This document shows positions 17,106-26,301 of a DNA stretch of 64,000 bases, in pieces; positions within the stretch are counted from its first letter, which is position 1; the number at the start of each line of letters is the position of its first letter. The stretch is taken from the NCBI GenBank assembly GCA_041686345.1, contig JAWLEA010000001.1, forward strand, positions 20,516 through 84,515, written 5' to 3'. The DNA comes from Polyangia bacterium. GTDB lineage: Bacteria; Myxococcota_A; Polyangia; HGW-17. The notes beneath the pieces were generated by a model that made no database searches, had not been told where the DNA came from, and saw only the letters and a program-made list of their open reading frames with translations. A program made the translations under genes and the position numbers.

Positions 17106-19493
17106 ATGAAAGCAAAAGAGCTGGCCCTTTACAATGTTACCACTCATAATCTCAAAGGAATAGATCTTAAAATTCCTCATAACCAACTTGTTTTGATCAC
17201 CGGAGTTTCCGGGTCGGGAAAATCTTCCCTGGTTTTTGATACTGTTCATGCAGAAGGGAGATTTCGTTATCTTGAAACTCTGAGTGATGATCTGGGGGCT
17301 TTTATCAAGAGGAGAGAAAGACCGAACCTCAATAATTGCACCGGATTGACTCCTACAGTTATTTTAGAGCAGAGAAACCGGAAATACCGTTCCAGGACCA
17401 CAGTAGGAGGAATAACTGAAATATTTAATTTTATAAAACTCCTCTATACAAATTTTTCCACTCCTTTTTGTCCTCGATGCAAACTTGAACTTACCCCCCA
17501 TGATGTAGAAGATGTTGTTTCAAAAATTGTCCAAAAACCCAAGGGCACCAAAATCATTATTACAGCTCCCTTGTCGGGCGGTCTTGATGAACAAACTCTT
17601 GAGCTTTTACGCAGAAAAGGGTTTGCCAGAATCTACAGCGGGGGAGAATATCATGATATTTACGAAGAGTTTAATTTGGAAAGTGAAGGGGATCTGGAAG
17701 TTGTGATTGACAGATTAATACTCAAGCCCAAATCTGCCCAGAGACTTTCAGGAAGTATTGAACAAGCCTATCGTCTTTCTGACGGCCGGGTTCGTTTGCG
17801 CCTGAAAGAGGAGGTATTGGATTTTCTGGCCAAAAGGGAATGTCCCCATTGCGAGATAGTATTACCAGAAGCTGATCTTCGTCTTTTTTCAAGATTTGTG
17901 GAGCCGGGACTTTGCTCCGCCTGCGGGGGAAAGGGTCTGGTGGAAACTGAAGTTTGTAAATCATGTCAGGGAAGTGGCTATGATAAAGATGTTCTGGCTT
18001 ACAGATTTGGTGGTAAAAATATTTTTCAACTGGGACAACTTCCTTTGCATAAACTTGAAGATTTCCTCAGAATAAATTGTTCTGAGAATCCTCGCATTCC
18101 CGATTCTCTATTGTTGCCAATTTTTGACCGTCTTCAACTTTTGACCAGACTGGATTTGGATTATCTCAAACTTGATCGCAGAGCCAATACACTGTCTGAT
18201 GGAGAATTGCAACTGCTTCAAATCGCCTCTTTCATGCATTCTTCCCTCACATTTGTTACTTATATTCTGGATGAACCCACTCAGGGACTTACCCCCAAAG
18301 AATTACCCAAACTTTTGTGGTTGCTGAAACAACTTAAAAACAACGGTAATTCCGTTTTAATAGTTGAGCACAATCCGGCTTTTTTGAATTTTGTCGATTA
18401 TATCATCGAACTTGGTCCCGGTGCCGGAGAAAAAGGAGGTGCTGTAATCCATTCCGGTTCCCTGGATAAACTTCTGGAAAATCCAGATTCCACCACAGCT
18501 ACCTGGTTGCAGAAATTTAAAGATTTTCGCCAAAAAGGTTCAAACTCAAATTCGGATTTGAAATTTGCTCAAACAAGGGAACAACTTGAATTTGGTTTTT
18601 CCGATTTGAATTACAGAATATTCAAAAATTTCGGGTTGAAATTACCCTTCAACCAATGGACAATTGTAACAGGTCCGGTAGGAAGCGGTAAAACAACCTT
18701 GCTCCAGGAAATTCTGGCTCCCCTTTTCAGTGGAGATTTCCAGGTTGAGGCTCCTGACTGTGAACAGGTATTTGGCAGAGAATTTTTTCCCGGTGGCATG
18801 AGTTGTGTAGATTTCAAAAGCACCACTTCTCATCCTTATTCCCATATTGCCAGTTATCTTGGAGTATGGAAATATTTGCGGGATCTTTTTGCCTCTGTTT
18901 CCCTAGCCAAAATCAGGGGTTATAAAAGCAGCAGGTTTTCTGTCAGCAAAAAGGGAGGACGCTGCGAAAAATGCAAAGGCACCGGAGTGAATATTATTGA
19001 ATTGGGTCTGTTGTCCGAGGTTGAATTACCTTGCGAAAAATGCAAGGGCACTGGTTACAACAGCGAAACCCGGGAAATCATGTACCGGGGTTACAGTATT
19101 GACAGAGTTTTGAATTTCAGTGTGGACAGAGCCGCCGAGTTTTTCAGTTTTTCCCGCAAGATCTCCCGAAAACTCGCATTGCTTCAAGAAACGGGTTTGG
19201 GATATTTGCGACTGGGACAGAAAATAAAAACCCTTTCAGGAGGGGAGGTACAACGTCTCAAACTCTGTAGAGATCTGGCCAAAATCAGAAAAAATCCCAG
19301 CCTTTATCTGCTTGATGAACCGGCTCGCGGTCTTCATCTCAAAGATGTTTTTCATTTGGCTCAATTGTTCCAACGTCTGGTAACTGAGGGCCATACGGTA
19401 GTTACCACCGACCACAGCGAATTATTACTTCCCTGGAGTGAACAACAAATTGTTCTCAAGGGAACACCGGAGGAAAGATACAAGAAAAAATGA
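17106..19493 (+). CDS. UvrA-like ABC ATPase (short excinuclease-A paralogue)
   Basis: HNLKGIDLKIPHNQLVLITGVSGSGKSSLVFDT, Cys4 modules (CPRC...CPHC; CEKCKGTG...CEKCKGTG), a second P-loop GPVGSGKTT and signature LSGGEVQRL. At about 795 aa it is shorter than canonical UvrA (about 940 aa). Confidence 0.8.
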   Translation: MKAKELALYNVTTHNLKGIDLKIPHNQLVLITGVSGSGKSSLVFDTVHAEGRFRYLETLSDDLGAFIKRRERPNLNNCTGLTPTVILEQRNRKYRSRTTVGGITEIFNFIKLLYTNFSTPFCPRCKLELTPHDVEDVVSKIVQKPKGTKIIITAPLSGGLDEQTLELLRRKGFARIYSGGEYHDIYEEFNLESEGDLEVVIDRLILKPKSAQRLSGSIEQAYRLSDGRVRLRLKEEVLDFLAKRECPHCEIVLPEADLRLFSRFVEPGLCSACGGKGLVETEVCKSCQGSGYDKDVLAYRFGGKNIFQLGQLPLHKLEDFLRINCSENPRIPDSLLLPIFDRLQLLTRLDLDYLKLDRRANTLSDGELQLLQIASFMHSSLTFVTYILDEPTQGLTPKELPKLLWLLKQLKNNGNSVLIVEHNPAFLNFVDYIIELGPGAGEKGGAVIHSGSLDKLLENPDSTTATWLQKFKDFRQKGSNSNSDLKFAQTREQLEFGFSDLNYRIFKNFGLKLPFNQWTIVTGPVGSGKTTLLQEILAPLFSGDFQVEAPDCEQVFGREFFPGGMSCVDFKSTTSHPYSHIASYLGVWKYLRDLFASVSLAKIRGYKSSRFSVSKKGGRCEKCKGTGVNIIELGLLSEVELPCEKCKGTGYNSETREIMYRGYSIDRVLNFSVDRAAEFFSFSRKISRKLALLQETGLGYLRLGQKIKTLSGGEVQRLKLCRDLAKIRKNPSLYLLDEPARGLHLKDVFHLAQLFQRLVTEGHTVVTTDHSELLLPWSEQQIVLKGTPEERYKKK

Positions 19494-19566
19494 ACTGCTT
19501 CTTTATCCTGTTGGTAATTTTGCAGTTATTTCCTGTTCAAAAATTGAAATAGTGAGAGAAGGAGAT

Positions 19567-20091
19567 ATGGAAAAAATACAGATCATCTATTTGGCAGTGG
19601 CTTTTGGGTTGGGGATTCTTATCTACCGGATTATGGCGGTATATTTCAAGAAACTCAGGGGAAAGAAATTTTACAAACGGGGACAAAAAGGCGAGATAAA
19701 AGCGGAAAAGTTACTTAAAAAAGCAGGTTGGAAAATTATTTCTTCCCAGCCTAAATCCAAGGGAACCGTTGTCATAGACGGCAAAGAATCTAAATATCAG
19801 GTTCAAGCGGATTTTTTAGTGGAAAAAGGCAAGCTCAAAGCCGTAGTGGAGGTGAAAACAGGAAAAGCAGCTCTCAAACCGACCACCGGGTCAGTTCGCC
19901 GCCAACTTTTTGAATATTATCATCTATATCAGGAGGACAAGCTTATTTTTGTGGATGCACCTGCCGGCAAACTGGTGGAAGTGGCTTTTCCCAGAAAGCA
20001 AACAGTCACGAAATCCCACCGGATTTTCTGGTTTATTACAGGTAATTTTACGGCTCTGGCAATTATTTATGTTCTGGTTAAAGTCTTTTAG
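19567..20091 (+). CDS. Membrane-anchored PD-(D/E)xK nuclease-fold-like protein (hypothetical)
   Basis: The ATG at 19567 is preceded by GAAGGAG. There are N- and C-terminal hydrophobic helices. The core GEIKAEKLLKKAGWKII...QADFLVEKGKLKAVVEVKTG has a D...E-x-K pattern resembling YraN/Hjc-type nucleases. Confidence 0.45.
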   Translation: MEKIQIIYLAVAFGLGILIYRIMAVYFKKLRGKKFYKRGQKGEIKAEKLLKKAGWKIISSQPKSKGTVVIDGKESKYQVQADFLVEKGKLKAVVEVKTGKAALKPTTGSVRRQLFEYYHLYQEDKLIFVDAPAGKLVEVAFPRKQTVTKSHRIFWFITGNFTALAIIYVLVKVF

Positions 20092-20225
20092 TTCCCTTTA
20101 AAATCAAAAGAGCAAAGTCAACTTTTCAGATGATGGACTTTTTGCTATGGTTCTTTTATTATTTCTAAATTTTTCACCTGGAGCTAGAATTCAATCAACT
20201 TGCGGTTTGTTAAAAAGGAGACAAA

Positions 20226-22064
20226 ATGCAGACAAAATATTTATTTAATTTATTGTTCACCGGGTTTTTCCTGCTCACAGGATGCAAATCCGGACAAGAT
20301 CAAGAAGCAACTGGCAATAAACAAAAAGAGGCTGATAAAAAAACAGCCGGAGCCAAAACCAAAAATAATAATAAACAGATTGAGAAAAAAGCAATGATCA
20401 AAGAAGCCCAGAAATTCATGGCTGAATACAACCGGGAATTTGCCAAACTGGAACAGGTTGAAGCCACTACCTACTGGACAGCTGCCAATTCAGGCAAAAA
20501 AGAAGATTGGGAGAAAAATGCCCAGGCCAAAATCAAACTTAAGCAATTTCACAGTGATAAGAAAAAATACGCAAAAATTCAGAAATATCTGGGACAGAAA
20601 AAAATCTTCCCCCCCCGTTTGCAAAGATCTCTAAAAATTGCCAAGTTGGCTTTCAGTGAAAATCAACTGCCTGAAAATAAATTGAAGGAAATGGTCAAAG
20701 CCGAAAAGGAAATTGAAAGGGCCTTTTCTTCTTTCAGGGGCAAAATTGGAGAAAAAGAATTTTCCAACAATGAGCTTTTGCAAATGCTCAAAAAAGAAAA
20801 AGACAGTAAAAAACGAAAAGAAATCTGGGATGCCCTCAAGAGCACCGGCGAAAAAGTTGGTGACAAGTTAATCGAACTGGCCCAAAAAAGAAATAAAGCG
20901 GCCAAAACCCTTGGTTTCAAAAACTATTGGGAAATGAAGATCAAACTGCAGGAACACGACCCGGATAAAGTACTCAAGTTATTTACAGAACTGGACAAAT
21001 TAACTGTTGCTCCTTTCAAAGAGGTGAAGGCAAAAATTGACAAAGAAATTGCAAAAAAACTCAATCTCAAAGGGGCTGATCAGGTTCAGGCCTGGCATTA
21101 CAACAACCCCTTTTTCCAGGAAGCTCCCCCTTCAAAAGAAGTGGATCCCGATATTTTTTACAAGAACAGGAAAAAAGAAGATATTGTTCAGATAGCCAGC
21201 AAATTTTATAAAGATATTGCTCTTCCCATCGATGATATTATTTCAAGAAGCGATCTTTACGAAAGAAAGGGCAAGGATCAGCACGCTTTTTGTATTACCA
21301 TCAATCGCTCCGAAGATGTCAGAACTCTGCTCAATATCAAAGCTTCAGCAAAGTGGATGGACACCATGCTCCACGAAGCCGGCCATGCAGTGTACTATAA
21401 ATTCATCAAGAGGGAATTACCCCATAATTTAAAAGAAGCTGCCCATATTCTGACCACCGAAGGAATAGCCATGATGTTTGGGGCTTTGGCCAAAAACCAG
21501 CACTTTCTCAAAAAATATGTTGAAGCTGAAAATGTAGACAAATACAAAGATGCCCTGCTTGAACAAAGGCGGCGGGAACAGCTCATTTTCACCAGATGGG
21601 TTCTGGTAATGTTTAATTTTGAAAGACAATTTTATCTGAATCCAACTCAGGATTTGAATTCCTTGTGGTGGAAACTGGTAAACAAATATCAACTTATACC
21701 CGTTCCCGAAAATAGAAACAAAGCCGATTGGGCTTCAAAACCCCATTTTACAATAGCTCCGGTATATTATCACAATTATCTCATGGGTGAACTTTTTGCA
21801 GCTCAGTTGCGGAAAAAACTGGCTGCACTCGATGGTTACAAAGGTAATCCCGCAGATCTCAATTTTAATGGCAAGAAAAAATTCGGTGCATTTTTGAAAA
21901 GGGAACTTTTTGCTCCCGGGGCCAGCAAAGAGTGGAATCAACTGGTCAAAGATGTAACCGGTTCAGAACTTTCAGCCCGAGCTTTTGCCAACGAAGTAAA
22001 TTGGAAAAAAGAGGCAGCCGAAGCAAAAAAATCCAAGAAAGCCAAGCCATCCAAAAACCACTGA
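20226..22064 (+). CDS. Zinc metallopeptidase lipoprotein (HExxH; M2/ACE-like or M3-like)
   Basis: Lipobox FFLLTGC and zinc motif MLHEAGHAVYY. The N-terminal EATTYWTAANSGKKED pattern resembles bacterial ACE-like peptidases. Confidence 0.65.
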   Translation: MQTKYLFNLLFTGFFLLTGCKSGQDQEATGNKQKEADKKTAGAKTKNNNKQIEKKAMIKEAQKFMAEYNREFAKLEQVEATTYWTAANSGKKEDWEKNAQAKIKLKQFHSDKKKYAKIQKYLGQKKIFPPRLQRSLKIAKLAFSENQLPENKLKEMVKAEKEIERAFSSFRGKIGEKEFSNNELLQMLKKEKDSKKRKEIWDALKSTGEKVGDKLIELAQKRNKAAKTLGFKNYWEMKIKLQEHDPDKVLKLFTELDKLTVAPFKEVKAKIDKEIAKKLNLKGADQVQAWHYNNPFFQEAPPSKEVDPDIFYKNRKKEDIVQIASKFYKDIALPIDDIISRSDLYERKGKDQHAFCITINRSEDVRTLLNIKASAKWMDTMLHEAGHAVYYKFIKRELPHNLKEAAHILTTEGIAMMFGALAKNQHFLKKYVEAENVDKYKDALLEQRRREQLIFTRWVLVMFNFERQFYLNPTQDLNSLWWKLVNKYQLIPVPENRNKADWASKPHFTIAPVYYHNYLMGELFAAQLRKKLAALDGYKGNPADLNFNGKKKFGAFLKRELFAPGASKEWNQLVKDVTGSELSARAFANEVNWKKEAAEAKKSKKAKPSKNH

Positions 22065-22099
22065 ATTAAAATTTAAAAATTAAAAACTAAGTTCAGGGG

Positions 22100-23497
22100 T
22101 CATAAAGCGAATTCTTTAATTTTGTTCTGCAAACCTTTACGGCTGATTTTGAGAAGCTTGGCGGCTTTACTGACATTACCCCCGGTTTTTTTGAGAGTTT
22201 TGGCAATTATCTCTTTTTCAATTCTACTTTTTTCCTGTTTTACAACTTCCTTCAGGCCGTCTTTATCCAGAGAATTTTTAGCAGGCAGGTTGTTTTTACT
22301 GGTGCTGTGACTGGAGACGATTATTTCTCGGGGTAAATCTTCAACGGTTATCCGGCTACCCTCTGAGAGGAGAAGAATTCTCTGGGTCAGGTTTTCCAAT
22401 TCGCGGATATTACCGGGCCAGGAATAATTTTCCATCATGGTAACAACTGACTTGGTAAAACGGGGAAACTGGGGATTGAGATCTGCGTATTTGTGACAAA
22501 AGAATTGGATAAGTGGCTTGATATCTTCTTTGCGTTCTCTCAAGGGAGCGAGATCAACAGGAACTACATTGAGGCGGTAGTAAAGATCTTCCCTGAATTT
22601 TTTCTGTTCCACAAGTTTTTTTAAATTGTGGTTGGTGCAGGCGATTATTCGGACTTCAATTCTGATAGTTTCTATTCCTCCCACCCTTTCAAATTCGTTT
22701 TCCTGGAGAACTCGTAATAATTTTGCCTGCATGAAAAGGGGAATTTCGCTGATTTCATCAAGGAGGAGGGTTCCTCCGTGAGCCAATTCGAATTTGCCGG
22801 GTTTTGCACTGATTGCTCCAGTGAATGCACCTTTTTCATAACCGAAAAACTCACTTTCCGTGAGATTTTTGGGGATGGCGGCACAATTGACTCTGACAAA
22901 AGGCTTGTTTTTGCGGGGAGAAAGATTGTGAATGGCTTTGGCAACGAGTTCTTTCCCGGTACCGCTTTCACCGGTAATCAAAACAGTGGAAGCGGAAGGA
23001 CTGATTTTTTCGATGAGAGTGAAAACCTGGTTTATTTTGTTGCTGACTCCCACCATGTTGAATTTGGAAGGAATGCCGTGATCAGAAGGCAGGGTTTGTT
23101 TGCGGTATATTTGCTTGTGACTTTTTACAGCTTTGTTGACAGTGGTCAGAAGATGATCTTTTTCAAAGGGCTTTTCGATATAATCGAAAGCTCCGGCTTT
23201 AACTGCAGCAACGGCATTATTGATGGAGCCATGGGCGGTGAGAATGATCACCGGAAGATTTTCAGAGATTTCCTTGATTTTACCCAAAAGTTCCACCCCA
23301 TCCATTTGTGGCATTTTGAGATCGGTAAGGACTATATCTATTTCAGGGTTTTCCTGAAAAATCCTTAATGCTTCTTTGCCGTTAGCAGCACTGAGACAGG
23401 AAAAACCGTCCCGGGAGAGATGGGTGGAAATGACTTTGCGCAGATTTTTTTCATCATCGACAATTAAGATTGCCGGTTTGGTTTCCAGTATTGCCAT
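22100..23497 (-). CDS. Sigma-54-dependent response regulator (NtrC/Fis family)
   Basis: Receiver domain (ILIVDDE...TDLKMPQMDG), AAA+ core (GESGTGKE, GAFTGA, ESEFFGYEKGAFTG) and a C-terminal Fis HTH (VSKAAKLLKISRKGLQNKIKEF). The ATG at 23497 was chosen over the upstream TTG. Confidence 0.9.
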   Translation of the reverse strand: MAILETKPAILIVDDEKNLRKVISTHLSRDGFSCLSAANGKEALRIFQENPEIDIVLTDLKMPQMDGVELLGKIKEISENLPVIILTAHGSINNAVAAVKAGAFDYIEKPFEKDHLLTTVNKAVKSHKQIYRKQTLPSDHGIPSKFNMVGVSNKINQVFTLIEKISPSASTVLITGESGTGKELVAKAIHNLSPRKNKPFVRVNCAAIPKNLTESEFFGYEKGAFTGAISAKPGKFELAHGGTLLLDEISEIPLFMQAKLLRVLQENEFERVGGIETIRIEVRIIACTNHNLKKLVEQKKFREDLYYRLNVVPVDLAPLRERKEDIKPLIQFFCHKYADLNPQFPRFTKSVVTMMENYSWPGNIRELENLTQRILLLSEGSRITVEDLPREIIVSSHSTSKNNLPAKNSLDKDGLKEVVKQEKSRIEKEIIAKTLKKTGGNVSKAAKLLKISRKGLQNKIKEFAL

Positions 23498-23619
23498 GGT
23501 CTGAATTTTTATTTCTATTGGGTAAAATGGCAATAGAAAAATAAAAAAAGAAGATTTTTTTTAAAAAAATTCGATAATAAATATGTGAATACGAAAAATT
23601 TAAAAACAGGAACTATTTA

Positions 23620-23781
23620 GTTCCCATCCCAAAAATGGATGTCATCGTCTGGCGACGGAAATTGAATTAATCTGCTTTGTCGTAACTTCTTGAAATAGTG
23701 TCAACTATGTCTGCGCAGTTACTCCGCGCATCTCAATCCAATTTCTTCTCCAGCCAAAAAACCCACTTCTGGGATGGGAAC
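23620..23781 (+). mobile_element. MITE-like element, copy C (full length, perfect 6-bp flanking duplication TATTTA)
   Basis: GTTCCCATCCCA...TGGGATGGGAAC termini, with TATTTA immediately on both sides. Confidence 0.92.
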
Positions 23782-23810
23782 TATTTAAAATTTTGAAAAC
23801 GGAGTTGAAG

Positions 23811-24209
23811 ATGAAAACTGACAATACCAGAGACAGAGGAAAAAAAGCCGAAGAATTTGTCAAAAAATATCTGTTACGCCGGGGATATGAGATTATTGCA
23901 GAAAATTTTGAAGTTCATAATCTGGGAGAGATAGATCTTATTGCCAGAAAAAATGGAATGGTAGTAATTGTAGAAGTTCGTTCCAGAAAAAAAGGAGTTT
24001 TGCAGATAAACCCCCTGGAAACCGTAAAAAAAAACAAAAGAAGCAGAATTATCAAAACTACAGCGGTATTCTTGCATAAAAACAAGGAGATTACAGCAAC
24101 AATGAAAGAATTGAGATTTGACATCGCTTCAATAATTGTTACAGATAAAAAAGAGTATAGATTAAAATATCTTGAGGAGGCCTTTCAGGCAAAGGAAAGT
24201 TGGCTCTGA
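23811..24209 (+). CDS. yraN: YraN-family (UPF0102) endonuclease-like protein
   Basis: GKKAEEFVKKYLLRRGYEIIAENFEVHNLGEIDLIARKNGMVVIVEVRSRK matches the YraN signature. The ATG at 23811 follows GGAG. Confidence 0.8.
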   Translation: MKTDNTRDRGKKAEEFVKKYLLRRGYEIIAENFEVHNLGEIDLIARKNGMVVIVEVRSRKKGVLQINPLETVKKNKRSRIIKTTAVFLHKNKEITATMKELRFDIASIIVTDKKEYRLKYLEEAFQAKESWL

Positions 24210-24428
24210 GTATTTATCGTGAACAAAATAACCATTAAAATATCTTGACAATTTTTTTGAACTGTTGCATTTATGTGCCATAGTTATTATATCTCAATTG
24301 GTTTACATCACTAAATTCAATTAATTCTGTTTTATTAACTTACTTTAATCTAAATCCGATTTATTAACCTTAAGCCATTTTGCTGGTTTTTGGCAAATAA
24401 CGGATTTCAACAATCTTAGGAGATTATT

Positions 24429-25196
24429 ATGAAAACCAAATTACTTTCTATCTTAGCAATTTCAGTATTTTTTGTTTTTGCTGCCTGTGATGACGACGAT
24501 GACAGCAACAACACCACCAACAATATCAATAATGCCGAATGTGGCAATGGTATAGTTGAAGCCGATGAAGTATGTGACGGCACTGCTCTTGACGGTGAAG
24601 ATTGCACAACTATCGGCGATTATACCGGTGGTGAACTTGCCTGTGCAGCAGATTGTTCTGCCTTTGACGAGTCAGGTTGTACCGCCAGCACTAATAATGC
24701 CGAATGTGGCAATGGTATAGTTGAAGCCGGTGAAGTATGTGACGGCACTGCTCTTGACGGTGAAGATTGCACAACTATTGGCGATTATACCGGTGGCGAG
24801 CTTGATTGTACAGACGATTGCTCTGCCTTTGACGAGTCAGGCTGTACTTCTGATGCAACTCCGACTCCCGACGGATTTGTCGGTTCAAGTTGTGCCGATG
24901 CCGCTGATTGTACCGAAGTTGAAGCTGTTGCAAACCTTACCGCTGAATGTGTACAACAAATTGCAACCTTTACCTTGCAAGATGGTTATTGCTCTTCAAC
25001 ATGTGATCCAACTGCCGATCCCGATCCCTGTGTCGATGCGGATGGTGAATGTGTAGATGTTATGGATATGGGAACTTATCAGTATTGTCTGCAACCATGT
25101 GTTCCAGGAAATAATGAATGTCGCACAGGTTACGAGTGTGCTGCTTTTTCCCAGGAAACTGATGCTCCTACTTATTGTCTCCCACCCATGAAATAA
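24429..25196 (+). CDS. Secreted Cys-rich lipoprotein with Myxococcus-type cysteine-rich repeats
   Basis: Signal plus lipobox VFFVFAAC, followed by DDDDD. There are two units ECGNGIVEA(D/G)EVCDGTALDGEDCTTIGDYTGGEL.C..DCSAFDESGC and a Cys-rich C-terminal domain. RBS AGGAG is present. Confidence 0.75.
   Translation: MKTKLLSILAISVFFVFAACDDDDDSNNTTNNINNAECGNGIVEADEVCDGTALDGEDCTTIGDYTGGELACAADCSAFDESGCTASTNNAECGNGIVEAGEVCDGTALDGEDCTTIGDYTGGELDCTDDCSAFDESGCTSDATPTPDGFVGSSCADAADCTEVEAVANLTAECVQQIATFTLQDGYCSSTCDPTADPDPCVDADGECVDVMDMGTYQYCLQPCVPGNNECRTGYECAAFSQETDAPTYCLPPMK
24528..24852 (+). repeat. 165-bp in-frame direct duplication (2 units)
   Basis: The units begin at 24528 and 24693 (AATAATGCCGAATGTGGCAATGGTATAGTTGAAGCC...). 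The first ~110 nt are almost identical between units. Confidence 0.85.
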
Positions 25197-25208
25197 CAAT
25201 AATAGTTT

Positions 25209-25236
25209 TTAGTTTGTCCCTAGTGGGACAAACTAA
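25209..25236. terminator. Perfect 12-bp stem / 4-nt loop hairpin between convergent genes (terminator-like, no U-tract)
   Basis: TTAGTTTGTCCC-TAGT-GGGACAAACTAA lies between the stops at 25196 (+) and 25318 (-). The T-run is on the 5-prime side on the plus strand, so it is not a canonical intrinsic terminator. Confidence 0.4.
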
Positions 25237-25317
25237 ATCTTAATCATTTTCCCATCTTTTTTCTTTTCAATTTACTGCTTATCAATACAATTTACAGGTC
25301 AAATCTCAGGGTTTTTT

Positions 25318-26301
25318 TCAGCCCCCATCCCAGATTCCGGGAATTTTGCGATTGCAACTCGGACATCTGCCTTTGGTAATTCGGTTATTTTGTACCTGAT
25401 AGCCGTATCTTTCAATTAAAACAGTTTGACAATGGGGACAGAGAGTATTTTGGTAACCTTGCCCTCGCAAATTTCCCAGATATACAAATTGAATTCCGTT
25501 GGATTTGGCGATGGATCGGGCTTTGAGCAGAGTAGATACCGGAGTGGCGGGCAGATTGCGCAATTTATGATGGGGAAAGAAGCGCGAAATATGTAAAGGC
25601 ACTTCTGGACCCAATTCTTTGCTTATCCAGCGGGTGAGTTGATTAATTTCTTCTTCACTGTCATTTTTGCCAGGGATTACCAGAAAGGTGAGTTCAAGCC
25701 AGATTCCCTTTTGTTTAAGCAGTTTAGCTGTTTCCAGAACCGGTTTCAAGGTAGCTGCACAGATATCGCGATAGAATTTATCACGGAAGGCTTTGAGATC
25801 CAAGTTGACAGCATCTATTGATGGAATTGCTTTGAGCAAGGGGTCACGATTGATGTAACCTGCTGTAATCCAGTAGTTTAACAGTCCTTTGCTTTTGGCC
25901 TTTTTGCCGATATCAAGAGAGTATTCATAAAAAACTACGGGATCGGTATAAGTGAGAGCGATTCCCTGACAGGATTTTTTGAGGGCAGTGGCAACAACTT
26001 TTTCAGGTGAAGCTTTATAAGCTTTTCTTTGCAGGGGAGAAACCTGTGAAAGGCCGGCATTTTGACAGTTGAGACAATGAAGGTTGCATCCTGTGGTGGC
26101 GATGGAGAAGGCTTTGGACCCGGGTAAGACATGAAAAAAAGGCTTTTTTTCCACCGGATCAATGTGAACGGCGGCGGGTCGACCATAGGTGAGAGCCAGT
26201 AATTTGCCGTTGTGGTTGTAACGGATTTGACAATCACCGGTTTCTCCGGGAGAAATTTGGCATAATTTGGGACAAAGATGGCAGGTAAGTTGTTTATTCA
26301 T
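25318..26301 (-). CDS. AmmeMemoRadiSam-system-type radical SAM enzyme
   Basis: N-terminal CHLCPKLCQISPGETGDC..R cluster, DPVEKKPFFHVLPGS, and radical-SAM CxxxCxxC in TTGCNLHCLNCQN. The ATG at 26301 overlaps the end of the upstream small ORF (coupling). Confidence 0.75.
   Translation of the reverse strand: MNKQLTCHLCPKLCQISPGETGDCQIRYNHNGKLLALTYGRPAAVHIDPVEKKPFFHVLPGSKAFSIATTGCNLHCLNCQNAGLSQVSPLQRKAYKASPEKVVATALKKSCQGIALTYTDPVVFYEYSLDIGKKAKSKGLLNYWITAGYINRDPLLKAIPSIDAVNLDLKAFRDKFYRDICAATLKPVLETAKLLKQKGIWLELTFLVIPGKNDSEEEINQLTRWISKELGPEVPLHISRFFPHHKLRNLPATPVSTLLKARSIAKSNGIQFVYLGNLRGQGYQNTLCPHCQTVLIERYGYQVQNNRITKGRCPSCNRKIPGIWDGG

Noticed and set aside
23770-23790. The element right end GGGAAC plus the A/T-rich TANNTA flank acting as an outward ECF-type (-35 GGAAC) or sigma-70 (-10) promoter.
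   Set aside because: No CGTC-type -10 lies 16-17 nt downstream of GGAAC in copies B, C or E. No TTGACA-like -35 lies 17 nt upstream of the TANNTA hexamer. The only good -35 (TTGACA) is on the opposite strand in the element centre and has no usable -10.
25209-25236. Calling the 12-bp hairpin a canonical bidirectional intrinsic terminator.
   Set aside because: The T-run precedes the stem on the plus strand, so the minus-strand transcript sees an A-run after it. It is kept only as a low-confidence terminator-like feature.
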